Shown: one piece after another, positions 8,779-18,897 of the stretch
Numbering within the stretch: position 1 is the first letter of the stretch
How the letters are laid out: each line of letters starts with the position of its first letter
Assembly (NCBI RefSeq): GCF_001598795.1
Contig: NZ_BCZP01000004.1
Location: 120,001-152,000, forward strand
Direction of reading: 5' to 3'
DNA: 32,000 nucleotides
Source of the DNA: Delftia acidovorans NBRC 14950
Lineage (GTDB): Bacteria > Pseudomonadota > Gammaproteobacteria > Burkholderiales > Burkholderiaceae_C
Notes under the pieces: generated by a model
Seen by the model: only the letters and a program-made list of their open reading frames with translations
What the model was told of the DNA's origin: nothing
The model's database searches: none
Translations under genes and position numbers: made by a program

Positions 8779-10152
8779 GTGATCAATAACGCCCAACTTC
8801 TGGCCGACGAAGCCAAGTACTGCTCGTTCGGGGATACCGTCCACTACGTCAACCCGCCCAAGATCTTCTCGGGCTGCGAAGGCAGCTACATGTACGACGA
8901 GGCCGGCACGCCCTACCTTGATCTGCAGATGTGGTATTCGGCCGTGAACTTCGGCTACAAGAACAAGCGCCTCGAGCAGAAGATGATCGAGCAGCTGCAG
9001 ACCCTGCCCCAGGTCGCCAGCCAGTACCTGCACCCCACCAAGATCGAGCTGGCCAAGTTCATCGCCCAGGATGCGGAGCGCAAGTGGGGCCATGCCGGCC
9101 GCGTGCACTTCAACGTGGGCGGCGCCCAGGCCATCGAGGACTCGCTCAAGGTCGTGCGCAACGCCAGCGGCGGCAAGAGCCTGATGTTCGCCTTCGAGGG
9201 CGGCTACCACGGCCGCACGCTGGGCGCCTCCAGCATCACCTCCAGCTACCGCTACCGCCGCCGCTACGGCCACTTCGGCGACCGCGCGCAGTTCATCCCC
9301 TTCCCCTACCCGTTCCGCCGCCCCAAGGGCATGACGTCCGAGGAATACGCGGACTCCATCGTCCGGGAATTCGCGCGCAAGTTCGAGAACGAGTACCACG
9401 CCATCTGGGACCCCAAGACCAACCAGTGCGAGTACGCGGCCTTCTACGTGGAGCCCATCCAGGGCACGGGCGGCTACGTCGTGCCGCCGCCCAACTTCTT
9501 CAAGGGCCTCAAGAAAGTGCTGGATGACCACGGCGTGCTGATGGTGGTCGATGAAATCCAGATGGGCTTCTGGCGCACCGGCACGCTGTGGTCGGTGGAG
9601 AACTTCGGCGTCAAGCCCGACGTGCTGGTCTTTGCCAAGGCGCTGACCAACGGCCTCAACGCCCTGTCGGGCCTGTGGGCGCGCGAGGAGCTGATCAACC
9701 CCACCATCTTCCCGCCGGGATCGACCCACTCCACCTTCGCCTCCAACCCGCTGGGCACGGCCCTGGGCCTGGAAGTCATGAAGATGACCCACGAGATGGA
9801 CTTCGGCCGCCAGGTGCGCGAATCGGGCGCCTACTTCCTCGAAGGCCTCAAGGAGCTGCAAAAGCGCCACAAGGAAATCGGCGACGTGGACGGCCTGGGC
9901 CTGGCGCTGCGCGCCGAGATCTGCACCGAAGACGGCTTCACGCCCAACAAGGCGCTGCTGGACAAGATGGTGGACATCGGCCTCGAAGGCGGCCTGGAAT
10001 ACCAGGGCCAGAAACGCGGCCTGGTGCTGGACGTGGGCGGCTACTACAAGAACGTGATCACCTTCGCGCCCTCGCTGATGATCTCGCGCCCCGAGATCGA
10101 CGAAGCCATGGTCCTGCTGGACCAGTTGCTCACGAAAGCCAAGGCGGCCTGA
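8779..10152 (+). CDS. Class III PLP-dependent aminotransferase (457 aa)
   Basis: GTG 8779 has GGAG 9 nt upstream. Motifs: GCEGSYMYDEAGTPYLD, GGAQAIEDSLK, EPIQGTGGYVVPP, VVDEIQMGFWRTG, and VFAKALTNG (candidate Schiff-base Lys). The track start 8320 would overlap the receptor leader. Confidence 0.85.
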   Translation: MINNAQLLADEAKYCSFGDTVHYVNPPKIFSGCEGSYMYDEAGTPYLDLQMWYSAVNFGYKNKRLEQKMIEQLQTLPQVASQYLHPTKIELAKFIAQDAERKWGHAGRVHFNVGGAQAIEDSLKVVRNASGGKSLMFAFEGGYHGRTLGASSITSSYRYRRRYGHFGDRAQFIPFPYPFRRPKGMTSEEYADSIVREFARKFENEYHAIWDPKTNQCEYAAFYVEPIQGTGGYVVPPPNFFKGLKKVLDDHGVLMVVDEIQMGFWRTGTLWSVENFGVKPDVLVFAKALTNGLNALSGLWAREELINPTIFPPGSTHSTFASNPLGTALGLEVMKMTHEMDFGRQVRESGAYFLEGLKELQKRHKEIGDVDGLGLALRAEICTEDGFTPNKALLDKMVDIGLEGGLEYQGQKRGLVLDVGGYYKNVITFAPSLMISRPEIDEAMVLLDQLLTKAKAA

Positions 10153-10159
10153 AGGCGCG

Positions 10160-11233
10160 ATGCCCGCAGAGCGCCTGCACAACCAGCTCGAACCCCCAGG
10201 CCTGCTCGCGCAGTTCGCGGCCCATCCTCCCGAGGGCTTCGCACTGCTGCAGGACTGGCCGGCGCCGGCCTTCACGGCGCCCTTCGATCTTCTGACCACG
10301 GCGGACGACGCGCTCAAGGCGCGTCTTTTGTCGTTGCCCGGTGGCGGCTGGCTGTCGCGCCGGCTGCGCCTGTCCACCGACTTCGTGGGCACCACGGTCA
10401 GCGAGTACGCCGTGCTGCCCATGGGCATCCCTGCCGCCCAGCAGGCCGCCGCGCTGCGTGCGCGCGCAGGCCGGCGCATGCTGACCATCGTCAAGGACCT
10501 GCCCCAGGATTCACCGCTGCTGCCGGACGCCGACAACGCCCATGCACGGGCGCTGGCGCAGGCGCTGGCCGATGCGGGCTTCATCCTGGTCGAGGGCCAG
10601 GCCCTGGCCCATGTGCCCATCGACTTCTCCAGCCTGGACGAATACCTTGCACGCCTGTCCAAGAGCCGCCGCCAGAACCTGCGCCGCAAGCTCAGGAGCC
10701 GCGCGCAGCTGCACGTGCAGCGCATTCCCACGGGCGCGGCCTTTGCCGATGACGCCTGCGTCGATGCCTACTACGCGCTGTTCGATGCGGTGTATGCGCA
10801 AAGCGAGATCCACTTCGACAGGCTCACGCGCGATTTCTTCGCGGCCCTGCTGCGCGATGCAGGCAACGGCGGCACCGTGTTCGAATACCGCGCGCTGCAG
10901 GACGACGGCACGCCCGGCGCGCTGCTGGGCTGGAACCTGTGCTTCGAGCACGGCGGCAAGCTGATCGACAAGTACATCGGCCTGTCCTACCCGGCCGCGC
11001 GCGAGGCCAATCTCTACTTCGTGAGCTGGATGGTCAACCTTGAATACGCCATCGAACGCGGCCTGAGCCACTACGTGGCCGGCTGGACCGACCCCGAGGT
11101 CAAGGCCCAGCTGGGCGCCAGCTTCACCTTCACGCAGCATGCGGTCTTCATCCGCAATCCGCTGCTGCGCGCACTGGGCCGGCGCTTTGCCGGCCACTTC
11201 GAAAGCGATCGCCAATGGAGCGAACAGAACTGA
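10160..11233 (+). CDS. GNAT-fold acyltransferase of the FemAB-like / BioF2-like (Acetyltransf_6 or DUF482) type (357 aa)
   Basis: The size, and the C-terminal pattern LYFVSWMVNLEYAIERGLSHYVAGWTDPEVKAQLGASFTFTQHAVFIRNP, resemble FemAB-like GNAT proteins. Starts 8 nt after the aminotransferase stop. Confidence 0.6.
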   Translation: MPAERLHNQLEPPGLLAQFAAHPPEGFALLQDWPAPAFTAPFDLLTTADDALKARLLSLPGGGWLSRRLRLSTDFVGTTVSEYAVLPMGIPAAQQAAALRARAGRRMLTIVKDLPQDSPLLPDADNAHARALAQALADAGFILVEGQALAHVPIDFSSLDEYLARLSKSRRQNLRRKLRSRAQLHVQRIPTGAAFADDACVDAYYALFDAVYAQSEIHFDRLTRDFFAALLRDAGNGGTVFEYRALQDDGTPGALLGWNLCFEHGGKLIDKYIGLSYPAAREANLYFVSWMVNLEYAIERGLSHYVAGWTDPEVKAQLGASFTFTQHAVFIRNPLLRALGRRFAGHFESDRQWSEQN

Positions 11234-12120
11234 ATGCCCAGCCGGTCGTGCTGGATGTGGATGGCTCGGTGGGAACCTTGCCCGGCGAGCTGCGCCTGCC
11301 GCTGCAGGACTGGCAGGAGCAGGTGCGCTTTGGCTGCGGCCTGCGCCGGTTTGCGCAGTTCCGCGCGGCACTCGATGCGCAACTGCCCGCCGCGCATGGC
11401 ACGGCCCTCATGGGCAGTGGCGACTTCCACCACCTGAGCTGGCCGCTGATCGAGCGCTGCATCACCGCCCAGGCCCTGTCCGCGGGCCGGCCGCTGCGCG
11501 TGGTCGTGCTGGACAACCACCCCGACAACATGCGCTTTCCCTGGGGCGTGCACTGCGGCTCCTGGGTGCGGCGCGTGGCCCTGCATCCGGCCGTCTCGCA
11601 TGTGCATGTGGCCGGCATCACCTCCGGCGACATCGGCCGCGCGCACGCCTGGGAGAACTACCTCACGCCGCTGCGCGCCGGCCGCCTGAGCTACTGGAGC
11701 GCAGGCGTGGACACGGGCTGGGCGCGCCGCCTGGGCGTGGATGCCGCCTTTCGCGGCTTTGCCAGCGTGGCCGACCTGTCCCGCACGCTGGCGCGCATGC
11801 TGCGCGAGCAGGCCCAGCCCACCTACCTGAGCATCGACAAGGACGTGTTCGCGCCCGAGGTGGTGCGCACCAACTGGGACCAGGGTCGCATGCAGGAAGG
11901 CGAGGCCCTGGACATCATCGGCGCGCTGGCCGGCCAGATCGTGGGCAGCGACATCACGGGCGATGTGTCCTCCTGGCGCTACACGACCTGGTGGAAGCGC
12001 TGGATGAGCGCCGGAGACGGCCAGGACACGCAGATCGGCGCGCAGACGCTGGCCACCTGGCAGCTGGGCCAGCATGCGTTCAACGAGCGCCTGGTGGAGC
12101 GTCTGCAGCAGGCCAGTTGA
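11215..12120 (+). CDS. Arginase/agmatinase/deacetylase-fold metalloenzyme (301 aa)
   Basis: Ureohydrolase-type ligand motifs appear in the expected order: GSGDFHHLS, VLDNHPDNM (DxHxD), LSIDKDVFAPE (DxD), DITGDVS. Overlaps the GNAT gene by 19 nt. Confidence 0.6.
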   Translation: MERTELNAQPVVLDVDGSVGTLPGELRLPLQDWQEQVRFGCGLRRFAQFRAALDAQLPAAHGTALMGSGDFHHLSWPLIERCITAQALSAGRPLRVVVLDNHPDNMRFPWGVHCGSWVRRVALHPAVSHVHVAGITSGDIGRAHAWENYLTPLRAGRLSYWSAGVDTGWARRLGVDAAFRGFASVADLSRTLARMLREQAQPTYLSIDKDVFAPEVVRTNWDQGRMQEGEALDIIGALAGQIVGSDITGDVSSWRYTTWWKRWMSAGDGQDTQIGAQTLATWQLGQHAFNERLVERLQQAS

Positions 12121-12150
12121 GGAGCCGGGACCACGGCGTCAGGCGGCAGC

Positions 12151-13368
12151 CTACACTGTGGCGCTTTCCAGCACCTCGACCAGATCGCCAAAGCGCGCGT
12201 CGTCGAACCACAGGCTGTTGCCCACGGCCACCAGGCGCCGTGCCCAGTCGCGCCCCTGGTCCACCACGTCCTGGCGCGCCAGGCCCAGTACATGGTCGTA
12301 GCGGCCATAGTCGGGCAGCACATGGACGAAGGGCAGCGACAAACCCCAGCCCCGCCCCCACTGCGCGCGCAGCAGCGCATCGCGCGTGGCGGCATCGCGC
12401 AGGCGCAGCAGCAGCACGGGCCAGACGCCTTGCGCACCCGGCACGGTGTCGCCCACCACCTCGATGCCATCGATGGCCGACAGCCAGGCGCCGCGCTCAC
12501 GCGCCTGGCGCTGCAGTTGCTGCTGGAAATCCGCCAGCCGCGCCAGTGCGCGCCGGCCCACGCGGCGGCGCCAGGCGCCCAGTTCATGGCGGGGAATGGC
12601 GTCGTCGAAATCATCGCCGGCGGCCTGCACCCAGTCGCTGCGCGACAGCGCATCGCGCAGGGGACGGCCATAGGCCAGGTCCAGCCCGGCGGGGCGGTAC
12701 AGCGCCGCATAGCCCAGCAGCTCCAGGCTGCGGCGCAACTCCCAGCCCCGGTCCTGGCGCACGCTGGCCGCATGTGTCTCGCGCAGTGCCTCGCGCAGCG
12801 CGGGGTCGCGCGCCAGCAGCACGCCGCCCTCGAAGGTGGTCAGGCCCTTGCCCACGGCCAGGCTGTAGAAGCCCACATCGCCCTGCCAGCCCACGGGCTC
12901 GCCGCGCAGGCGTGCGCCCAGGGCCTGGGCCGCGTCCTCCACCACCCAGGCGCCCACGGCGCGCGCGCAGTCCACGGCCGTGGCCACGTCGGCCACGCGG
13001 CCGCACAGATGCGTGGGCAGCACGGCCAGGGTGCGTTCGCTGCACAGGGCGCGCAGGCGCGCGGGCTCCATGTCCAGCGTGTCGGGATGCAGATCGCACA
13101 GGCGCAGTTGCAGGCCGCAGTGCGCCACGGCCAGGGCCACCAGCGGGCAGGTATAGGCGGGTGCGATGACTTCGCTGCGGCCCGGCGCCAGGCGGCGCAG
13201 GGTCTGCAGCGCCACCATCAGCGCCGAGGTGCCCGAGCATTCAAGCTGCACGGCGGGCACGCCCAGCCACTGCGCCAGCGCCGTCGCCAGGTCCGCGTCG
13301 CCCCAGGGCAGCAGGTCGGCCGCGCGCAGCGGCAGGCCCGCCGTGGGCGGCAGCACGCGTTCAGCCAC
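12151..13368 (-). CDS. DegT/DnrJ/EryC1/StrS-family PLP aminotransferase (about 405 aa)
   Basis: Motifs: ECSGTSALMVAL, EVIAPAYTCPLVALAV, VVEDAAQALGA, and FYSLAVGKGLTTFEGGVLL (candidate catalytic Lys). GTG 13368 overlaps the upstream stop by 8 nt. GTG 13356 and ATG 13464 are alternative starts. Confidence 0.8.
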   Translation of the reverse strand: MAERVLPPTAGLPLRAADLLPWGDADLATALAQWLGVPAVQLECSGTSALMVALQTLRRLAPGRSEVIAPAYTCPLVALAVAHCGLQLRLCDLHPDTLDMEPARLRALCSERTLAVLPTHLCGRVADVATAVDCARAVGAWVVEDAAQALGARLRGEPVGWQGDVGFYSLAVGKGLTTFEGGVLLARDPALREALRETHAASVRQDRGWELRRSLELLGYAALYRPAGLDLAYGRPLRDALSRSDWVQAAGDDFDDAIPRHELGAWRRRVGRRALARLADFQQQLQRQARERGAWLSAIDGIEVVGDTVPGAQGVWPVLLLRLRDAATRDALLRAQWGRGWGLSLPFVHVLPDYGRYDHVLGLARQDVVDQGRDWARRLVAVGNSLWFDDARFGDLVEVLESATV

Positions 13369-13855
13369 GGTGCGAGCCGTGCTCGGCCGAGGCCGCCAGA
13401 TGCGCGGCGCCCGCGCTGGCCGAGCCCGCGCCCGGGTTGCCGCCCGCATGGCCCGGCGTGTCATCGTCTGCGCCGGGCCCCTCGGCCTCCTGCGTCTCGC
13501 TGACGGCCAGGCAGGCGATGCCGGCCACGATGAACAGGCAGCCGATGATCTGGGGCATGCCTATGCGCTCGTCGAACAGCCAGTACGACAGCGCCAGCAC
13601 GGAAAGAATCTCCAGGTGCGATGCCGCAAAGGCCGGGCCGATGGGCGCGCGCTTGAGCAAGGTCATCCACGAGAAAAAGGCGCCGATGTAGCCCACGAAG
13701 GCGCCATAGATCCAGGGCTGGCCGAACACGCGCGCCAGCCAGGCCGTGGAGAACTCCAGCGGCAGCGCCGCATTGCCGGCCTGCTTGAAGCTCAGCTGGG
13801 CCAGCGTGTCGAAGGCCATGAGCACCAGAAAGCCGATGAAATAAAAGCGCTTCAT
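13361..13855 (-). CDS. Half-size DMT/EamA-like membrane protein (ArnE/ArnF-like, 164 aa) with a low-complexity C-terminal tail
   Basis: Four predicted hydrophobic helices (FYFIGFLVLMAF..., WIYGAFVGYIGAFF..., ILSVLALSYWLF..., IIGCLFIVAGIACLAV) followed by a Gly/Ala/Asp-rich tail. Confidence 0.65.
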   Translation of the reverse strand: MKRFYFIGFLVLMAFDTLAQLSFKQAGNAALPLEFSTAWLARVFGQPWIYGAFVGYIGAFFSWMTLLKRAPIGPAFAASHLEILSVLALSYWLFDERIGMPQIIGCLFIVAGIACLAVSETQEAEGPGADDDTPGHAGGNPGAGSASAGAAHLAASAEHGSHRG

Positions 13856-13856
13856 T

Positions 13857-14225
13857 TCAATGGAGGCCCACGATGGCGACGCCTATGGACACGAGGACAA
13901 TTCCGGCGACCCGCATGGGTGCCAGCTTCTCGGCAAACAGCAGCCGGCCCGCGATCATGATGGCCACGATGTTGATGGAGCCCAGCAGCACGCCTTCGGA
14001 CAGCGGCACCAGCGAGAGAAAGGCCAGCCACAGCACGAACTCGGCCACGTAGCAGCCCACGCCCAGCCACAGCCAGGGCCTGGAGGCCATGAAGCGCCAG
14101 CGCGCCAGGCCGTCGAGGTCACCGGGCTGGCTGGCGGCGGCCTTGAAGGCCAGTTGCCCCCCGCTGTCCACCAGCACGTTCAGCACCCACAGCGTGATGA
14201 CCAGCGGCGAGAGATCACTGCCCAT
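13857..14225 (-). CDS. Half-size DMT/EamA-like membrane protein, partner of 13361..13855 (122 aa)
   Basis: ATG 14225 (MGSDLSPLVITLWVLNVL...). Four hydrophobic segments. Its stop is 1 nt from the next start, which suggests a heterodimeric pair. Confidence 0.65.
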   Translation of the reverse strand: MGSDLSPLVITLWVLNVLVDSGGQLAFKAAASQPGDLDGLARWRFMASRPWLWLGVGCYVAEFVLWLAFLSLVPLSEGVLLGSINIVAIMIAGRLLFAEKLAPMRVAGIVLVSIGVAIVGLH

Positions 14226-15156
14226 GCCGTGCGGCCTCCGCAGCCCGCACCTCGCGGGGGGCGGCACCGCTGGCGATGCGCGCCACGAACTCGGTGGTGC
14301 GCGCGATCACGGTGCGGCGGTCGCGGTCGATGGTGACCATGTGGTAGCTGTTGTCCAGCAGCACCAGCTCGACATGGGCCTGGCTGGCGCCATGCACGAT
14401 GTCATGGGCGTTGGCCACCGACGAGATGTCGTCGTTGCGCGCATGGATGACCAGGCAGGGCGAGCGCAGCTGGGGCAGGCGCGCCAGCACATGGGCCGAG
14501 AGGCGGCGCAGCTCGATGATGGACCACCAGGGATTGCCCGGCAGGCCGGCCGCCGCGCTGTCGCCCGAGTGCATCTGCTCGACCACGCGTGCGCGCAGCG
14601 CCTCGTCCTTGATGCCGTAGGGCGGCTGCTCCATGAACACGCTGTGGCGGCCAATGCCCAGCGCGCGGAACAGCGGCAGCAAAAAGGCCAGGCGCGTGTA
14701 GAAGGGAATGCTCCAGCCGTCGTAGCGGAAGGTGGTGGACAGGGCGCAGACGCCGTCCACCTTGTCGGGGTGGCGCTGGGCCACGGCCAGGGAGAGCACG
14801 GCGCCCATGGACAGGCCGCCGACCACCACATGGTCCATGTGCTGCGACAGTCGCTGCAGCCCGGCCTCCACGCTGGCCAGCCAGTCGGTCCAGCGCGTGT
14901 CCACGAGATCTTCCATGCTGCCGCAATGGCCGGCCAGCTGGACCGCATAGACGGTGAAGCCCTGCTTGTTCAGCCCCTTGGCCAGCAGGCGCATCTCGGC
15001 CGGCGTGCCCGTGAGCCCGTGCACCAGCAGCACGCCGGTACGCGCGGCCGCGCCCGTGCCGGGCATGACGAATTCATGCTCGGTCACGCAGACGCTGTCC
15101 AGCCCCGTGGCAGGCTCGCTGCGCTGAACCAAGGAGAGCCCATCACTCAAATTCAT
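14215..15156 (-). CDS. Alpha/beta-hydrolase, Est30/YvaK-like carboxylesterase (313 aa)
   Basis: LLVHGLTGTPAEMRLLAKGL, nucleophile elbow GLSMG, and late HARNDD...SYH segments consistent with a Ser-Asp-His triad. ATG 15156 chosen; in-frame ATG 15195 is an alternative. Confidence 0.75.
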   Translation of the reverse strand: MNLSDGLSLVQRSEPATGLDSVCVTEHEFVMPGTGAAARTGVLLVHGLTGTPAEMRLLAKGLNKQGFTVYAVQLAGHCGSMEDLVDTRWTDWLASVEAGLQRLSQHMDHVVVGGLSMGAVLSLAVAQRHPDKVDGVCALSTTFRYDGWSIPFYTRLAFLLPLFRALGIGRHSVFMEQPPYGIKDEALRARVVEQMHSGDSAAAGLPGNPWWSIIELRRLSAHVLARLPQLRSPCLVIHARNDDISSVANAHDIVHGASQAHVELVLLDNSYHMVTIDRDRRTVIARTTEFVARIASGAAPREVRAAEAARHGQ

Positions 15157-15330
15157 GTCAATTTTCCATGACGCTGCGCGTCGCCCTCTGACCATGAAAC
15201 TGGCGTGCCCTGAGGCCAGAGACACCAAGGAAGGGCCTTGGCCGGCCGCGCCGCCCCGCACCGAAGGTGTCGTCCCCCTTGGGGGGCGCCGTGCAACGGG
15301 AAGGCGCGAAGCGACTCAGGGGGTGGTATG

Positions 15331-16035
15331 TCATGCCAGCGCCTCCAGGCCCAGGACGACCTTGTCGAGGAGGGCCGTGGCCTGCTCGAAATGCTCGAAG
15401 GGCGCATGGGCGATGCCCCGGCTCTCGCAGTGGGCGATGAGCTTGTACTTGGCCAGCACGAAGTCGGCCCGGCCCGAGACGCAGAAGTCCGAGGTGCTGT
15501 CGCCCACGTAGAGCACGCGGCCGTTCAGGGCCTGCTGCTCGGCCAGGCGCTCGCACTTGCAGTTGCCGCTGGCGCGTGCGCACTGCGCGCTGGCCCAGGG
15601 AGAGTCCAGGCGCCAGTTGCGCTCGCCGGTCTGCACCAGGCGGTTGGCGATGACCTGCAGATGGCCCAGGCCATGGCGCTCCAGCACATGGCGTATGGCG
15701 TAGTCGATGCCGTCGCTGACCACCTGCACCACCATGCCGTGGGCCTGGGCGGCCGCCACGAAGCCGGCAAAGCCGGGGTCGATCTCGATGGTGTCCAGGT
15801 GGGCGCGCAGCTCGGCCTCGTCCATGTCCAGCAGCGCGACCTGACCCTTCATGCATTCGCGCGAGCCGATCTCGCCGCGCTCCCAGGCGTCTTCCAGTTC
15901 CTGCCAGCCGGGCTTGCCGAAGCGGTTGAGCAGGGTGTCGGTCACGTCCAGCAGGCTGATCGTGCCGTCGAAGTCGCTTTGCACCATCCAGCCGGGGGCG
16001 GCGGTGTCCAGATACAGGGGAATGCGCTTATTCAT
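15331..16035 (-). CDS. HAD-IB phosphatase of the MtnX / phosphoserine-phosphatase-like subfamily (234 aa)
   Basis: HAD motif I is DFDGTIS and motif IV is YVGDSTSD. A Cys cluster (CARASGNCKCE) resembles that of MtnX-type enzymes. Confidence 0.7.
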   Translation of the reverse strand: MNKRIPLYLDTAAPGWMVQSDFDGTISLLDVTDTLLNRFGKPGWQELEDAWERGEIGSRECMKGQVALLDMDEAELRAHLDTIEIDPGFAGFVAAAQAHGMVVQVVSDGIDYAIRHVLERHGLGHLQVIANRLVQTGERNWRLDSPWASAQCARASGNCKCERLAEQQALNGRVLYVGDSTSDFCVSGRADFVLAKYKLIAHCESRGIAHAPFEHFEQATALLDKVVLGLEALA

Positions 16036-16968
16036 GAAACTGCACCCTTACGTTTTGACCCACGCGCACGGCGGCGGCGGGAGCTTGCTCGAAGACCAGC
16101 ACGCACTCGATGACACGCACCGGCCCGCGCTGCTGGTCGTCCTGCAGCCGCGCCGTGCCATAGACGGGGCTGATGCGCAGCACGCGTGCCGAAGGCAGCT
16201 GCTGCTGTGCGGCGCCATCGGCGTCCAGCGTCACCGTGGCCCGCATGCCTTCGCGCACGGCAGCGGCGAAGCTTTCGTTGATTTCGGCGCGCACCTGCAG
16301 CGGGCGCTGCGGCAGCAACACCACGGCCGGCGTGCCGGGCACGGCCTGGCTGCCCGCATGGGTGGCCAGGCGCACCACGGTGCCGGCCTCGGGCGCACGC
16401 AGTTCCTGGCGCTTGTGCTGGGCGCGCAATTGTTCGAGCTTGCGCTGTGCCACCTGGGCCTCGGCCGCGGCCACGTCGATCTCGGCCTGGGCATCGCGCA
16501 GCGCCTGCGCGGCCTCGTCCACGTTCTGCGCATCGGCGGCGCCCTCGCGCGCTGCGGCCTGCCAGCGCGACAGGGTCTGCTTGAGCTGGGGCAGGCGCGC
16601 GGCGCGTGCCTTCTGGCGGGCCTTGGCCAGCTGGGCCTCGGACTCGGCCACGGCCAGATCGGCCTGGCCCGTATCGTCGGCCAGCCTCAGCAGCAACTGG
16701 CCGCGCTGCACGGACTGGCCTTCCTTGACGGACAGCTGCTGCACCACGCCGGCCACGGCAGGCGACAGGTCCAGCAGGCCGCCTTCCACCTCGATCTTGC
16801 CGCGCGCCACGGCCACGGCCGCCGGGCCGTTTTGCTGCGCCTTGGCGCTGGCCTGGCCGGCATTGGCAGGCGCATCGTGCGAAGGACCGCAGCCCGCCAG
16901 CAGCGCGGCGGCGGCCAGCGCCGCAGCCAGACCGGCAGTGGACGCGGCAAGGCCGCTCAGGGGGTACT

Positions 16969-16972
<4 letters not shown>
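16028..16972 (-). CDS. HlyD-family periplasmic adaptor (membrane fusion) lipoprotein (314 aa)
   Basis: Lipobox LLAGC. Lipoyl-like hairpin (GVVQQLSVKEGQSVQRGQLLLRL ... LRAPEAGTVV) flanks an Ala/Gln-rich coiled coil. ATGA overlap with the ATPase gene. Confidence 0.85.
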
Positions 16973-17727
<755 letters not shown>

Positions 17728-17742
17728 GGGGTCTGGCCGTCT

Positions 17743-18897
17743 TCAGCGCAGCAGCGTGGCCGGGTCGGCACGCAGCAGGCTGCGCATGGCGCCCAGGCCC
17801 GACAGCAGGGACAGCACGGCCACCAGCACGGCGCAGGCCAGCACGGCCGATGCGTTCAGCGCCACGGGCACGCGGTAGGCCATGGCCAGGGCCAGCAATA
17901 CGGCGCTGGCCAGCGCGGCCATCACAAAGCCCAGGCCGCCGATCCAGCAGGCCTGCTCGACCACCACGCGGCCCAGTGCCGCGCGGCTCACGCCCAGCGC
18001 GTTGAGCACGGCGTACTCGCGCGAGGAAGCGGCCACCACGGCCTTGAGCGACTGGCTGGTGACCACCGAGCCCACCAGGCAGACGATGACGGCCATGAAC
18101 AGCACGCCCGCGCCGGCGCCCGTGTCGAACATCCAGTAGCGCTGCGAGCGCCGCGCGAATTCCCTGGCCGTCCAGGCCTCGTAGGGGCCGAAACTGGGTG
18201 TGGGCTGGTTCAGGCGCTGCTTCACGGCCTTGGCCGAGGCGCCCGGGCGCACGCGCGCCACGAAGTAGGTGCTGCCCTGGCCGGGGTCGCCCGCAATCTC
18301 GCGGGCCGTGGCCAGCGAGGCCAATACGTTCACGCCGCCCAGGCCACGCAGGCCGTCCACGGCCGCCACCACCTGCACGCGGTGGTTGTTGACCCAGGCC
18401 ACGCCGCCTTCGCTGGTGCCCAGGGTCTGCAGGTCGGCCCGGTCCACGATCACGGCGCCGGTCTCGCGCAGGCGCTGGCGCTGCCAGGGCTGGAGCACGT
18501 GGGAAAACAGCATGGAGGCGTCATCGGTGGCAATGCCCGACAGGTAGACCGACACGCCGCCGCCGTGCTCGCTCGCCGCGCCGCCGGCCCCCGAGTCCGA
18601 GCGCCAGTCGCCGTCCACCCAGACATAAGGCTCGACCGCCGCGACATCGGGGTCCATGCGCAAGCGCATGTCCACATCGCGGCCGATGGTGCGCCCGAAG
18701 TTCACGCTCTGCGTGCCCGGATAGCCGATCCACAGGTCGGCCGAGGAAGCCGTCACATACAGCGCGGCCGAGCCGAAGATGCCCAGCACCAGTGCGGCCT
18801 GCATGGCCAGCAGCACGCCGGAGAAGCCCACGGCGAAGACGGAGGGAATGAAGCGGCGCCACTCGTGCACCAGCGTCTTGCGTGCCAGGGCGATCAT
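17743..18897 (-). CDS. FtsX-fold ABC permease, DevC-like (384 aa)
   Basis: ATG 18897 (MIALARKTLVHEWRRF...). One N-terminal transmembrane helix, a periplasmic domain of about 230 aa, and a C-terminal three-helix FtsX-type bundle. ATGA overlap with the outer-membrane-factor gene. The track start 19593 is an Arg/Pro-rich extension. Confidence 0.8.
   Translation of the reverse strand: MIALARKTLVHEWRRFIPSVFAVGFSGVLLAMQAALVLGIFGSAALYVTASSADLWIGYPGTQSVNFGRTIGRDVDMRLRMDPDVAAVEPYVWVDGDWRSDSGAGGAASEHGGGVSVYLSGIATDDASMLFSHVLQPWQRQRLRETGAVIVDRADLQTLGTSEGGVAWVNNHRVQVVAAVDGLRGLGGVNVLASLATAREIAGDPGQGSTYFVARVRPGASAKAVKQRLNQPTPSFGPYEAWTAREFARRSQRYWMFDTGAGAGVLFMAVIVCLVGSVVTSQSLKAVVAASSREYAVLNALGVSRAALGRVVVEQACWIGGLGFVMAALASAVLLALAMAYRVPVALNASAVLACAVLVAVLSLLSGLGAMRSLLRADPATLLR

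Noticed and set aside
8620-10731. 703-aa ORF on the minus strand
   Set aside because: It is antisense to the class III aminotransferase and GNAT genes. Arg/Ala-rich with no motifs. High-GC artefact.
11139-13169. 676-aa ORF on the plus strand
   Set aside because: Extremely Arg/Pro/Ala/Gly-rich translation. It overlaps the arginase-fold gene out of frame and the DegT gene in antisense. Not credible as a protein.
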